A stretch of 64,000 nt of DNA from Octopus vulgaris (Eukaryota), in assembly GCA_951406725.2 (NCBI GenBank), contig OX597819.1, positions 114,948,001 through 115,012,000 on the forward strand, in the 5' to 3' direction. The stretch's first letter is position 1, and the number at the start of each line of letters is the position of its first letter. Shown here in pieces: positions 25,734 through 37,880 of this stretch. Position numbers and translations under genes: made by a program. The notes below the pieces were generated by a model that ran no database searches, was not told where the DNA came from, and saw only the letters and a program-made list of their open reading frames with translations.

Positions 25734-25879
25734 TATAAGAGAATAAAAGTAAAAAATAAGAATATATGTGGGATGTTATAATGGAACTGCAACTATAACA
25801 GACAGGGCGAGAGTTTGTGCATGCATGTACATGTGTAACTATAAAAGAATAATTTTAGTACGTATATACATATATATGA

Positions 25880-26850
25880 AATGCGAAATGCGGAGCCGTA
25901 TTTCGTCTGCCGCTACGTTCTGAGTTCAAATTCCGCCGAGATCGACTTTGCCTTTCATCCCTTCGGGGTCGATTAAATAAGTACCAGTTACGCACTGGGG
26001 TCGATATAATCGACTTAATCCGTTTGTCTGTCCTTGTTTATCCCCTCTCTGTTTAGTCCCTTGTGGGTGGTAAAGAAATAGGTATTTCGTCTGTCTTTAT
26101 GTTCTGAGTTCAAATTCCGCCGAGGTCGACTTTGCCTTTCATCCTTTCGGGGTCAATTAAATAAGTACCAGTTACGCACTGGGGTCGATATAACCGTCTT
26201 AATCCGTTTGTCTGTCCTTGTTTATCCCCTCTCTGTTTAGTCCCTTGTGAGTAGTAAAAAAATAGGTATTTCGTCTGTCTTTATGTTCTGAGTTCAAATT
26301 CCGCCGAGGTCGACTTTGCCTTTCATCCCTTCGGGGTCGATTAAATAAGTACCAGTTACGCACTGGGGTCGATATAATCGACTTAATCCGTTTGTCTGTC
26401 CTTGTTTATCCCCTCTCTGTTTAGTCCCTTGTGGGTAGTAAAGAAATAGGTATTTCGTCTGTCTTTATGTTCTGAGTTCAAATTCCGCCGAGGTCGACTT
26501 TGCCGTTCATGCTTCCGGGGTCGATAAATTAAGTACCAGTTTTTCCACTGGGGGTTCGATGTAATCGACTTAATCCCTTTGTCTGTCCTTATGTGTCCCC
26601 TCTATGTTTATCCCATTGTGGGCAATAAAGAAATAAGAAACGTTAGCACGCCGGGCGAAATGCTTAGCAGTATTTCGTCTGTCTTTATGTTCTGAGTTCC
26701 AATTCCGCCGAGGACTTCGCCTCTCATCTTTTCGGGGTCGATAAATAAAGTACCAGTTACGCACTGGGGTCGATGTAATCGACTTAATCCCTTTGTCTGT
26801 CCTTGTTTGTCTCCTCTATGTTTAGCTCCTTGTGGGCAATAGAGAAATGA
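25880..26850 (+). repeat. Tandem array of SINE family II core, 5 units, 184-bp period
   Basis: TATTTCGTCTG starts at 25899, 26083, 26267, 26451 and 26671. The last unit is preceded by the SINE head. Confidence 0.92.
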
Positions 26851-28042
26851 GTTAAGAACAAAGCTCTTGACAATTTCTATGATTTACAGAATCACGGTCT
26901 AAATAAAAATCTATGTTAACGTATGCAATATTCCCTATTATGCGGGGTAGGTTTGAAGTTGATATACTCCTATACAACTGTTACAATACTAATTATATTA
27001 GTAACATTAACAAAAGGAAGGAACTACACGAAGCAGTATGGTTGCTTTAGCAATACCAGTCTGCACATATCACCCTCCTTTCTCCCTTATCCCATTCTCC
27101 CACACACATCTGAGCAACAGCTTTTACCAACTACTACTTTTTCTAAATATCCTGAAGACGAGGTCTTCACCTCGAAATAAAGAAATACAAAGTAAAACTG
27201 CAACTTTGTTTTGTTTTCTTTTCCTTTTGTAGTCTATTTTGTACTTTCTCGCCTTGTTCCGGTGTTACAAAACAACGTTCTCTAATTATATTATTTTCAT
27301 TTTGACTTGGAACGAAATCTTAGTATTTTAAGGGATGAAAGTTTAATGAATTTTTCTTTCGATTTTGGATTTGGTTTGCAAGATTCTTTATATGAGTTCG
27401 TGTGTTGAAGCATATTCTGTTGTGTCTGGGGAGAGTCATTCTCTTTTAGTGCCTTATTATTTAACACACTCACCGGTAAAATTTCCACTTATTTCTTATT
27501 TTTATTTTCTAAAATTTTCGTTGTGTCTTGCAACCTTTTCAGTAGTTTTGACACAACAGATTTTTTCGTTCTTTTCTTAAAAACATTAAACACGTACTAA
27601 AGTATAGTTTTTCGGCCGGAGAGTGAAAGCATTTTCCGATCTTTGCATCCGTTGAATTTAATATTACTTTCGCATATACTATAATATATTCCTAATCTTC
27701 CAGTACACGTTCCAAAATATAACCTTGACAAACAGAATCAGATAAGGAGAAATGCAATCGAAAATCTTTAAAAATATTCATGCACATCTTACATCTTCGT
27801 TACTGAAGTCTGTATGGACATTTCTGAAAATACATTAAACTCTTGATTTGAGAAGAATGATGTTTAAGTAAACTGAATCAATTCAAGTTAACTGATCTTG
27901 GCGGTATATATCTAAGTATAGAAAACTTAATACAGTTAAGTTTGACTGGTAAAATGATATATTATTTACTTAATAGTTAAAATTCTCGCAGAAATTATGA
28001 ATCATTTCTTGTATCTCGGGAGCAACATAGTGCCAATAATAA

Positions 28043-28416
28043 GCACACGCACTGGTTTGGTTTCACTTCTTAATTTTTCGTTAATTGGTTAGCTATTTAA
28101 CCAACTAACTAATCGATCGTTTGATTAATCATTCAATTAATCAGTCAGTCAGTTGTGTTTACCCAAGTCTTGTCGTCATTCGCGACCTCTTTAGTGACAT
28201 GAAGAAACCGCGAATGACATGAACAGATCGGAACTGAAGCTAACAAAATGTGGAGAAGGCATTTATTTGAAGAGGCCTCAAATGGCGACAAAAGGACTTT
28301 GGTAAACACAACTGAATAACTGATTAACAAAATGATTAATGGAACACTCGATGAGTTAGTTGTTAAATAACTAACTAATTGATGAAAAATAAAGTGAAAT
28401 TAAACACGTGCGTGTG
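28043..28416. mobile_element. Degenerate foldback/MITE (~100-bp imperfect inverted arms) just upstream of gene A exon 2
   Basis: CACACGCAC..TTTCACTT..AATTGGTTAGCTATTTAAC.AACTAACT pairs with AGTTAGTTGTTAAATAACTAACTAATT..AAGTGAAA..GTGCGTGTG. Confidence 0.6.
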
Positions 28417-28571
28417 TTTATAGCTGGTAAAATGACCCACGACAAAATTTGCTCCAACTCACATTTTCACATCAAGAATCTTGCAAACTAAAAACAAAAT
28501 CTAATTATTAATCATTAAAATTTTGAAACTGTCAACATATTTTACGCATGCTAATTCTGTTTCACTTACAG

Positions 28572-28647
28572 ATGTATATTAGTCTGAAAGTTTTGCTTCC
28601 TCTTCTAGTCCTTCCAATTGTAAATGAGGTTCCAGGAATAAATGCAG
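28572..28647 (+). CDS. Gene A coding exon 1: signal peptide MYISLKVLLPLLVLPIVNEVPGINA
   Basis: ttcacttacag|ATG ... GCAG|gtatat. 76 nt, phase 1. Same size as the paralogous exon 44119-44194. Confidence 0.85.
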
Positions 28648-28813
28648 GTATATATCAGGATGTTGCTTTAATTTTGCATCTTTTTCTTTTGGTCTCTTTG
28701 TATCTCTTGTGGTACTTTTACACACACTTACACCCTCACACACATTAACATTGGCCCATTACAGAGCAGTGTCATATCAAGTTTTGTTTGTAAATACTTT
28801 TGAATACTAGTGA

Positions 28814-29130
28814 AGGCGCATGGCTCAGTGGTTAGAGCATCGTGCTCACAGTCATGAGGTTGTGAGTTCGATTCCCGACCGGGCTGTGTGTTGCGTTCTT
28901 GAGCAATTAACTTTATTTCATGTTGCTCCAGTTCACTCAGCTGTAGAAATGAGTTGCTACGTCACTGGTGCCAAGCTGTATCGGCCTTTGCCTAATCCTT
29001 GGATAACATCGGTGGCGTGGAGAGGAGAGACCGGTATGCATGGGCGACTGCTGGTCTTCCGTAAACAACCTTGCCCGGGCTTGTGCCTCGGAGGGTAATT
29101 ATCTTGGTGCATTCATGACCATAGGGGTTC
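28814..29130 (+). mobile_element. tRNA-derived SINE (family V)
   Basis: TGGCTCAGTGGTTAGAGC (A box) and GAGTTCGATTCCC (B box) followed by a non-tRNA body. Confidence 0.75.
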
Positions 29131-29294
29131 TTTATTTCTACTTTTGAAGATTATCTTCCTAAAACAATGTCACTCTAACATAATTTACACCAGATTATTT
29201 CTTCACCTTTTCCCTCTAGTTTAAAATTTCAGAAATCGCACATATTTTTTAATGTCTTTTACGTTTTGTGTCTCTCTTTTTTTTTACTCTCTAT

Positions 29295-29534
29295 TACTTG
29301 TTTCAGTCATTTGACTGCGGCCATGCTGGAGTACCGCCTTTAGTCGAGAAAATCGACCCCAGGACTTATTCTTTGGAAGCCTAGTACTTATTATATCGGT
29401 TTCTTTTGCTGAACCGCTAAGTTACGGCGACGTAAACACACCAGCATCGGTTGTCAAGCGATCTTGGGGGACAAACACAGACACACAAACACACACACAC
29501 AAACACACACACACACACACACACATACATACAT

Positions 29535-29591
<57 letters not shown>

Positions 29592-29750
29592 TACAGCGGG
29601 CTTCTTTCAGTTTCCGTCTACCAAATCCACTCATATGGTTTTGGTCGGTCCGAGGCTATAGTAGAAGACACGTGCCCAAGGTGCCACGCAGTGGGAATGA
29701 ACCCGGAATCATGTGGTTCGTAAGTAAGCTACTTACCACACAGTCACTCC
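29295..29750 (-). mobile_element. SINE family III with internal CA/TA microsatellite
   Basis: Reverse complement of the 58756-59210 type. Confidence 0.88.
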
Positions 29751-29927
29751 AGAATTTTCTCTTTACTATTTATTAATATTTAGAATACTAACTTCTAATT
29801 TGAATTAATTAAATTAATCGAAATTTAAAGCAGGGTAAAACATAAAGTAGACATTGCCATTAATCCATCATCTCGAATAAAGAAATAACGTTTCTTCTTT
29901 TCTTTTCTAAATATATTTCTTTTTCAG

Positions 29928-30047
29928 CCTGTAAAGGATGTGTTTTTGATGGAAAATGCTTTTGTGATGGCAAAGGTAAAAGTAAATCCGCCCATACATG
30001 TACAGAAATAGACTGTAAAAACGAAGTGGCAACAGTTATAAAAACAT
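29928..30047 (+). CDS. Gene A coding exon 2: ACKGCVFDGKCFCDGKGKSKSAHTCTEIDCKNEVATVIKT (6 Cys)
   Basis: Long polypyrimidine tract + ttttcag|CC ... ACAT|gtaagt. 120 nt, phase 1-1, open frame. Homologous to 44754-44876. Confidence 0.88.
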
Positions 30048-31697
30048 GTAAGTCAAATCTAAAATATTTCATTCTGAAAATTTTTCTTTCTTTTTTTGCT
30101 ATAGACAAAGGGCTTCAAATTTTGTTGTGTGTGTATGAGCTTTTCGATAACATCGATTTCAGTGCTAAATTTCTACATATTTTATCGATCTGGAAGGGAT
30201 GATAGGTAAAAATCGACCTCGGCGGAATTTGAGCCCAGAACATAAGACAGGCAAAAATGCCGTTCGGTATTTTGCCCGGCGTGCTAACGATTCTGCTAGC
30301 TCGCTATCTTAACACTTATTCAATTATTATGTTCCATATATCTGACCAAATGATTAGAGTGTTAGGCATACAGCCATAAGATCTTAGGTTCGATTCCAGC
30401 TTCAGTTATCGAAACGTTTCGTTTCATGTTTCTCCAATTTACGTAACAGAAAATGAATAACAAATAAGTACTGGTACCGCCTTCTCTCCCTCCAACTTAC
30501 ACATCCTCGCTATTTTGCTACTCCAAAGGCTGGAGGGCAAAGACGGTGTCTCTGCTCGTGTCTATACAGATGCGCAAAACAGTCACCTATAAAGCATGAT
30601 ACACATTACCAGGTCATACTTATGAGTGATAATCATAGAACATGTTATGAGGATGATGTCTCTATGTAATTTCCTACATTAATTATTTGGTTTCTCCAAC
30701 TCGTGCACATTTCTTGTAGATCGATATTATGATCTATCAAGTTCCGGAAAGAGCTATAATGTTCTTACGAAGTGTAATTTATTTGATACTTCTTTGGTCG
30801 TTAGATAAAATATGTAAGCACTCAATCATTTTGTTCATTATTGATTTCACTTTTATACATAATTTCTTAAATCCAATATAGTGTGAATTTTATTGCCAAT
30901 ATCTGGCTTCTACATTGCGGTGTGTGTTATGTCAGTTGTTGAAATTATTTCATACTATCATTTTTGGCATTTATAAAGTGAAATGTATGTTCAAGAGGAT
31001 GATGTTACTATGAAGGAGAACCATTTAGAGAAAATATTAATGTATGCAATTTCCCCATCGAAAATATTTTGCAAAGAATCATGTAGTGATGATGGTGTAT
31101 TTATAGACATATGTAGATTTTACACTATCAGCATGTTCAATGAAGAAACAGAAGAAATAAATGTTGAATGGAAAAAGCGAGGAATACCCGCAAATAGAAA
31201 CTTGGCTAAATATTTATCAAAGAAAGGAATTAAAAAATAAATATGCAAACACACGAGAAGGTACAGAAAAGTTCATGGTTTGGGTAAAAGAAAACACGGG
31301 AGTATCAGTAAATTACGATTTTATATCCAACATTTTCCCCTCTCAGTTTCACACACTTATTGCAGCGGCTCTTCAGTTTTTCTAAGCCCTGTAAAAGAGG
31401 TCGGAAAGTTGGGCTTCCAATCAGGCCTTTCGCGATACCCTTAAAACCAGGAACTTTTCAGCACCTCCTTGTATATTCAGCTGTAAGACTTCAAATTCAC
31501 CTTAGCTTAATTAAATTATTGTAAATGACTTGAGATACTCGTTCTGCCTTGGTTTTGATTTTTCCTATAATATAACATATACATGCTATAACGGAACCGA
31601 AACATGGATCCCTAGATCCAGACTTAGCTGTGATTTTGGAACCTAATGGTCAACCAACTATAGCACTTACCCAGCGTACCTATTCGTTTGCTACATA

Positions 31698-31770
<73 letters not shown>

Positions 31771-31842
31771 ATCCAAACAAGAAAACACAGAAAAAACACA
31801 GCAACGCGAGGACGTGGAACAATTAAAGTATTATTTGACGCT

Positions 31843-31880
<38 letters not shown>

Positions 31881-32049
31881 GTAAAAGGCCCAACTGAAAA
31901 TTCAATCGTTTTACGAAACCAGAGATATTAACCATTGTTCATGGACCCGTAAAACGAATGATCTCTCTGTAGGGCAAGCACATCTACCCAACACGTGAGT
32001 TGTATCTTTATTTGAAGTCCTTGTTCCATACCGGACATACTCAAACAAG

Positions 32050-32450
32050 CATACACACACCCACACACACACACACACACAAGTATATACACATACACAC
32101 ACGCATACAAACGCACACACAAGTATACACACACCCACACACACACACGCACACAAGTATATACACATACACACACACACATACAAACGCACACAACCCC
32201 CCCCACACACACACACAAGTATACACACACCCACACACACACACGCACACAAGTATATACACATACACACACACACATACAAACGCACACAACCCCCCAC
32301 ACACACACACAAGTATACACACACCCACACACACACACGCACACAAGTATATACACATACACACACACACATACAAACGCACACAACCCCCCCCCATACA
32401 CACACACACAAGTATATACACACATACACACACACACATAAACACATACA
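32050..32450. repeat. Higher-order CA-derived minisatellite (~95-bp unit)
   Basis: Recurrent CACAAGTATATACACATAC...ATACAAACGCACACAACCCCCC...CAAGTATACACACACCC blocks. Confidence 0.85.
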
Positions 32451-32657
32451 ACCGACACATACATCATAGCTATACCTTAAATACATTCTACAAACATTTG
32501 AATACATTAAGTTTAGATTTAACAATCTTAGAAAAATTTCTGAAATAATTGTGGCAGTTTGTATAAATACGCATACGTATACACATATTTACCGTGAGAG
32601 ATATTTTCATTTGTGTATTTGAAGAAGTCATAATTATGAAGTCAATTGTGTTTTCAG

Positions 32658-32789
32658 ATTGCAAAGATAATAAGGGAAATTGTCTGGACGCAGGGGAGAA
32701 ACATCCTGGTGTGTTTAACGAACGTTGTGTAACATTTGAATGCACGAAAGTGGTAAACGATTTTCATTTGAAGGTTATTTATAATGCGA
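32658..32789 (+). CDS. Gene A coding exon 3: YCKDNKGNCLDAGEKHPGVFNERCVTFECTKVVNDFHLKVIYNA (4 Cys)
   Basis: ttttcag|AT ... GCGA|gtaggt. 132 nt, phase 1-1. Same length as the paralogous exon 47303-47434. Confidence 0.88.
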
Positions 32790-32825
32790 GTAGGTACACT
32801 TTGAGTTTAATGTCTTCAACAATTT

Positions 32826-32936
32826 ACACACACACACACACACAGACCACACACACGCACACACACACTACACACACACACACACACACATAGACCACAC
32901 ACAGACCACACACACACACACACACATAGACCACAC

Positions 32937-32983
<47 letters not shown>

Positions 32984-32989
32984 CCACAC

Positions 32990-33032
<43 letters not shown>

Positions 33033-33100
33033 ACACACCACACACACACACAGACCACACACACGCACACACACACACTACACACACACACAGACCACAC

Positions 33101-33158
<58 letters not shown>

Positions 33159-33175
33159 CACACACACACGCACAT
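32826..33175. repeat. (CA)n array punctuated by AGACC
   Basis: Direct reading of the sequence. Confidence 0.9.
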
Positions 33176-34284
33176 CACATATTCTTCCGGATGAATATGG
33201 TTCGGAATTCTCTTCTGATTTACTGTCAGGTTTGACCCCACTTAGATTTTGTTTCTCTGTAGGCTCTCATAGTGTGTGTTTATGGTCGGAGTTGTCCTCT
33301 TAGTCTGGCTGTCTTCCGAGGCAGTCGAACCGATACCACCCAACAAGTTATACTGCCAGAGCAGAGATATGCTTTATCAAAAGCTAGGGAGTGTCCCACT
33401 CCCAGTACTCTTATAGCAAATCAGACACGAATCTAGAATTTTTAATGACTTTCTGTTGCTAGATCGTCGATGACCCTACAGTGGATTCAACCGTACTTTT
33501 CGAAAGTCTTGATTTTGTCCTAATGGGTTTCTAGCAATCCTCTTCACCAAGCAAGCCTGGTAGAGGAGTCTGTTTAGTTGAAGATGATCCGACTATACAG
33601 CTGGTTGTACGAGACATGCTACTAGCAGCACTCATGAATAACTAGATACACACACACATGCCACTTTAGAATAATACTTAGAAACTTGACCATGAAAGAA
33701 AGAATTTGGCACAAAAGATCGAACACTCTCCATTGTCCATAAAACCAGTTGGAATACTGAAAAAAGAAAATTTGTCGAGTAATCACAACGGCTTAAACAA
33801 TATCATTTATGTATTGTTTATACGTGACAGACAATACGACGGCCAGCTGGCAGAATTGTTATCGTACCGGTCAAAATCCCTTGGCTTTATTTCTTCCGGC
33901 TTTACTCTCTGAATTCAAATACCGTCGGGATTGACTTTGCCTTTCATCTTTTCGGAGTTGATAAAATAAGTGCCACTTTCCCGGAATTGATAGCCATGTG
34001 TCAAAATTTGGAACCAGTTATATGTGACAATATATATATATACAAATTGAGATAGGGATTGTAAATACAACCCTCCATGGGATAAAATATATCCAATATT
34101 GTACTTATTGTATCACATTACTCCTTTATGTACACTCCTTTATGTACACTGTTTTGTTCTATATTATTATGTTTGACCTTAAAGTTTCTTATGTGGTGGT
34201 TTAATAAAGTATGTGATTGGGTATTATCTGGTAATTGATATTTGATTTGGATGTATTTCTCCATTTTCTTATTTTGTATATATT

Positions 34285-34335
<51 letters not shown>

Positions 34336-34670
34336 ATGAACAAAATCTGAAACTCATATTCTATAACACGATTAGTAGAGAGTCAAGATTATATGCTTCT
34401 CTATACGACCTTATATCTTATCTGTAACATGAGACAATTATCACCCTCTACATCTCTTCGGGTATATGACTTCCAAACCACCACACCAAACCAATCACCA
34501 CATTTGTTAGAAAACTTATCAAATGTTCTTGTATAGTACTATAACCAATGAATACAATTAAATATTTTAATCCTCATGTATTGAAAAGGTATACGAGAAA
34601 ATATGATCAGTATGCCTTTGCCTGGTGAATAAATTGAATTAAAACTGTATTGTTTTGTTATATTTTGTAG

Positions 34671-34738
34671 AGTGTTCGCTGCAGCATATTTATGCGGGAG
34701 GACAGAAATATCTGGGGGATGACCTGAAACACTGTTGA
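34671..34738 (+). CDS. Gene A last coding exon: KCSLQHIYAGGQKYLGDDLKHC-stop (2 Cys)
   Basis: tattttgtag|AG ... TGT TGA. 68 coding nt, as in the paralogous exon 48782-48849. AATAAA at 34738-34743 and 34781-34786. Confidence 0.85.
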
Positions 34739-35522
34739 ATAAAAATTTAATCATCGATATTCTTTAATCCTTCCGATAACAATAAAATAAATGTTAATAA
34801 TGCATAAAATAGTTGTTTGAAATTAATGATATAACTAATCTACCTGTTTGTTACAATCTTTGAATCCATTTTATTCAGCGTGCGACGTAAAAGTATCGAA
34901 AAGCATAGATACGCTGACTGACGGTCTGCATCAGCGTCTTCACTGGCAAAAGCCTCTGATGAGAAGTCTCTTTGTCCGTTATTAGACCCTAAGTTGTAGC
35001 ATCAGCAGCAATTAACCAGTTGATGATTCCCCAGTCGTTCAATTATATTTGCATGTGTGTATGTGTGTGAGTGTGTGAGGTGGTGTTGTGTGAGTTTGTT
35101 TTTAAATTCGATTCTCTTCGACAATATGTTGGGTATGGACTGTCGTACCGACACAACCAGCATATTGTCATATTCTGCCGTTTTCACGGCTATACTGCAT
35201 TCGGAATATCACTTTCTTGTCTATATGATACGATACATATTCAATGCTTCCAAAAACAAAAAAAGTTTGTTTACATATGTTGTATTTCAAAAGATGGTAT
35301 GTATTTAGCGTCAATTTGACGGGAATTGTTTTCAGCGGGCAGTTTAAATTAATTGGCAGAGTACACTGCCGGTATTTGGGAGGTGCGGGTTCGAGTCCCG
35401 TGGTTGTCTGCTGACAACTTCTTCCGTCATATAGGGGTAAAATGCCCAATTTTTCTGCTGTTTTCACGGCTATATTGCGTTCGGAATATTTCTTTCTTGT
35501 CTGTATGATATCATATAATTAT

Positions 35523-36192
35523 TAGGGTGGAGTGAAAATAAAAAATAGTAGAAATTGAAAATGCTTGAGAGCTAAAATGTTGCTATATTTGATTATTAGA
35601 AAAATGCAAAATTTTCGCTGCAATCAAGAGCGTTTACTCCCTCAAGCCCCATAAACTCCGAAAATGGGTGATTTTTGTAAACTTTTACAATAGCAGAGTT
35701 TGTGGGGTTCGAGGGAGTAAATGCCCTTGAGTGACCTAAGTGAAAATTTAACGTTTTTCTGATAATAATATATAACAAGATCTTTAGGTCTCAGGCATTT
35801 TCAATTTTTTTAAATTTTCACTCCACTCTAACACACATGTATGTGTGTGCGTGTAGGCAGATTATGTAATCTAGGGTGGAGTGTAAATAAAAAATTATGG
35901 AAATTGAAAATGCCTGAGACCTAAAATCTTGCTACATATTATTACTAGAAAAATGCTAAATTTTCGCTTAGATCAGTCAAGGTCATTTACTGCCTCAACC
36001 CTGTAAACTCCGCTATTGTAAAAAGTTTACAAAAATCCCCTATTTTCGGAGTTTAGGGGGCTTGGGAGAGTAAATGCCCCTTGGTTGATCGCAGAGAAAA
36101 TTTAGCATTTTTCTAATAATCAAATATAGCAACATTTTAGCTCTCAAGCATTTTCAGTTTCTACCATTTTTGAAAATTTTCACTCCACCCTA
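35523..36192. mobile_element. Two copies of a ~310-bp foldback MITE in inverted orientation (35523-35830 and 35872-36192)
   Basis: Each copy starts TAGGGTGGAGTG and ends CACTCCAC(T/C)CTA, with ~100-bp imperfect TIRs. Copy 2 is the reverse complement of copy 1. Confidence 0.85.
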
Positions 36193-37707
36193 ATAATTAT
36201 TATGTTATGATATATATAATCACAAATCTTCATTTAAAAACTTCATTTCCACCTTATTAAGTAAATTTATCTGGAGCCTCAAAAGGAAGAATATTAGATA
36301 CTGTATTGAATGATCAGTGCCGTATAATGGAGGAAACTGAAGTACAACATGTATCTCAAGAAGTTGCAAATCCAACATATTAATTTAAAGGAATGATAGG
36401 AATAGGATACGTGTGACCTAACAGAGTTCAAATTCTAGTTCAAAATGCTTTAAACACTATCTTGTTGGAAAGTCGAGAAACGAATGAATTGAATTTCACG
36501 GATTACAACGACCCCAATCCCTGCGTGCGTTAGGTGACATTTAACATTAAAAAAAAGTTAGATGTTCCAAAGATTGTATAATCATCTAAGGATTTCCGGT
36601 CGTCCAGTGATTGTTGGGGAATAAAAAGTCATCCGTCTAAAAGCATTACCATATTTACTGCTACTCTTGTTCAGGATTACCGACTATCATTAGGCTACCG
36701 AAAAAGGGTTACTCCTTTAGTTGACATGAAAGGAGGCAACTGTGCGTGCTTCGAAAATCCTCATCTCGCTAAAAACTACCACATTTAAATTTAATGAACT
36801 GAGCTAATTAAGCAAGTATCACTGCTTCTCCGACAGCCTCAGGACGCGCAGAAATCATTCTTTAGTAAGATGTACTGACTTACAAATCACAATCATCTGG
36901 GATATGCCTGTCCAAACTAACGGAGAGGTCAAAGGAAACTATTCAGATATGGTAATCAAGGATTGGAGGGGGAAATGTATACACAGATAGACATCTCAAT
37001 CCCATGGGAAGAAGTGGAACCTGCCAAAATACTAGTATTTTAAAAGTGAAATATTTAAGATGTGGGGGCATGAAGGCGAACACAGTACAAATAATAACTG
37101 GAATATTCGGTGTGATGCCAAAAAGTAAACGCCTTAAATACAAACTTCGACAATATCGCCTAATTAGGTCATGAGCAACACGGTAGCTTCAATAAATTAT
37201 GTGAGTGTCACATGGAGATGCTGAATGTTCCAGCATCTGGCACAGTGCTACTGCTGCACATGCCAACATCATAAACTACATACCAAAACAAGCTGCTAAT
37301 GTCAGTCATCAATACACTCCAATCTCTAGCCCAGAAACGTTGTTTCCTCGAAGCTTGGTGCCATCACCACTCAGGCACTCCCAACTCAATCATTTTGTCT
37401 GCAAATAGCCACGCCTTAACAACGATATGCGGTCTTTCCTCCTCAGATCGTCAGCTATCGAGAATTCCCTTGCTTAAAATATTATCTGTGCAGTCATCAA
37501 GTCGCAACTATTCAGAAGGGAACATGAATTATCTCGGTCCTACCAGAGTAGGAAAGATCGCGGAGGCCATTGATCCAGCCCCCTCCTAACTAACAAAAAC
37601 TAACAAAAACAATTTTGTTAGATGAAACTAACAAAAAAAAAAAAGATAAAGAAAACAAGTAGATTTTAGCATTTTGTAATATTTCCCTATGACACTCCAC
37701 GACTCGT

Positions 37708-37829
37708 ATGATAAATCGAAATGACAGGTGAAGCAGAATCATTAAGAAGCAATTGCGAATTTCAGTTATAACTGCTTAATAGCAGCTGGTGTTTGCAACT
37801 GCCAGAATTTGAGTGGTATTTGAAAATTA
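37708..37829 (+). promoter_or_regulatory. Conserved upstream block of gene B
   Basis: ATGATAAATC (37708), GCAATTGCGAATTTCA (37749), CAGCTG E-box (37783) and AGTGGTATTTGAAAATTA (37812), shared with 6898-7007(-). Confidence 0.6.
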
Positions 37830-37859
37830 ACTTATATCGTTCTCTATTTCTGAACATAG

Positions 37860-37880
37860 GGCCATCTTCAAGTTCATAAG
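37860..37880 (+). other. Non-coding 5' exon (3' end) of gene B
   Basis: ctgaacatagGGCCATCTTCAAGTTCATAAG|gtaagt. Its 5' boundary is uncertain. Confidence 0.7.

Noticed and set aside
25880-26850. CRISPR-like regular repeat array
   Set aside because: Whole 184-bp units repeat with no unique spacers. The unit is a dispersed SINE core, the context is eukaryotic, and there are no cas genes.
34879-34985. Alternative last exon for gene A (ttattcag|CG TGC GAC...)
   Set aside because: It is in frame but has no similarity to the gene B last exon and would leave an odd Cys count. 34671-34738 matches the paralog in length, sequence and poly(A) signal.
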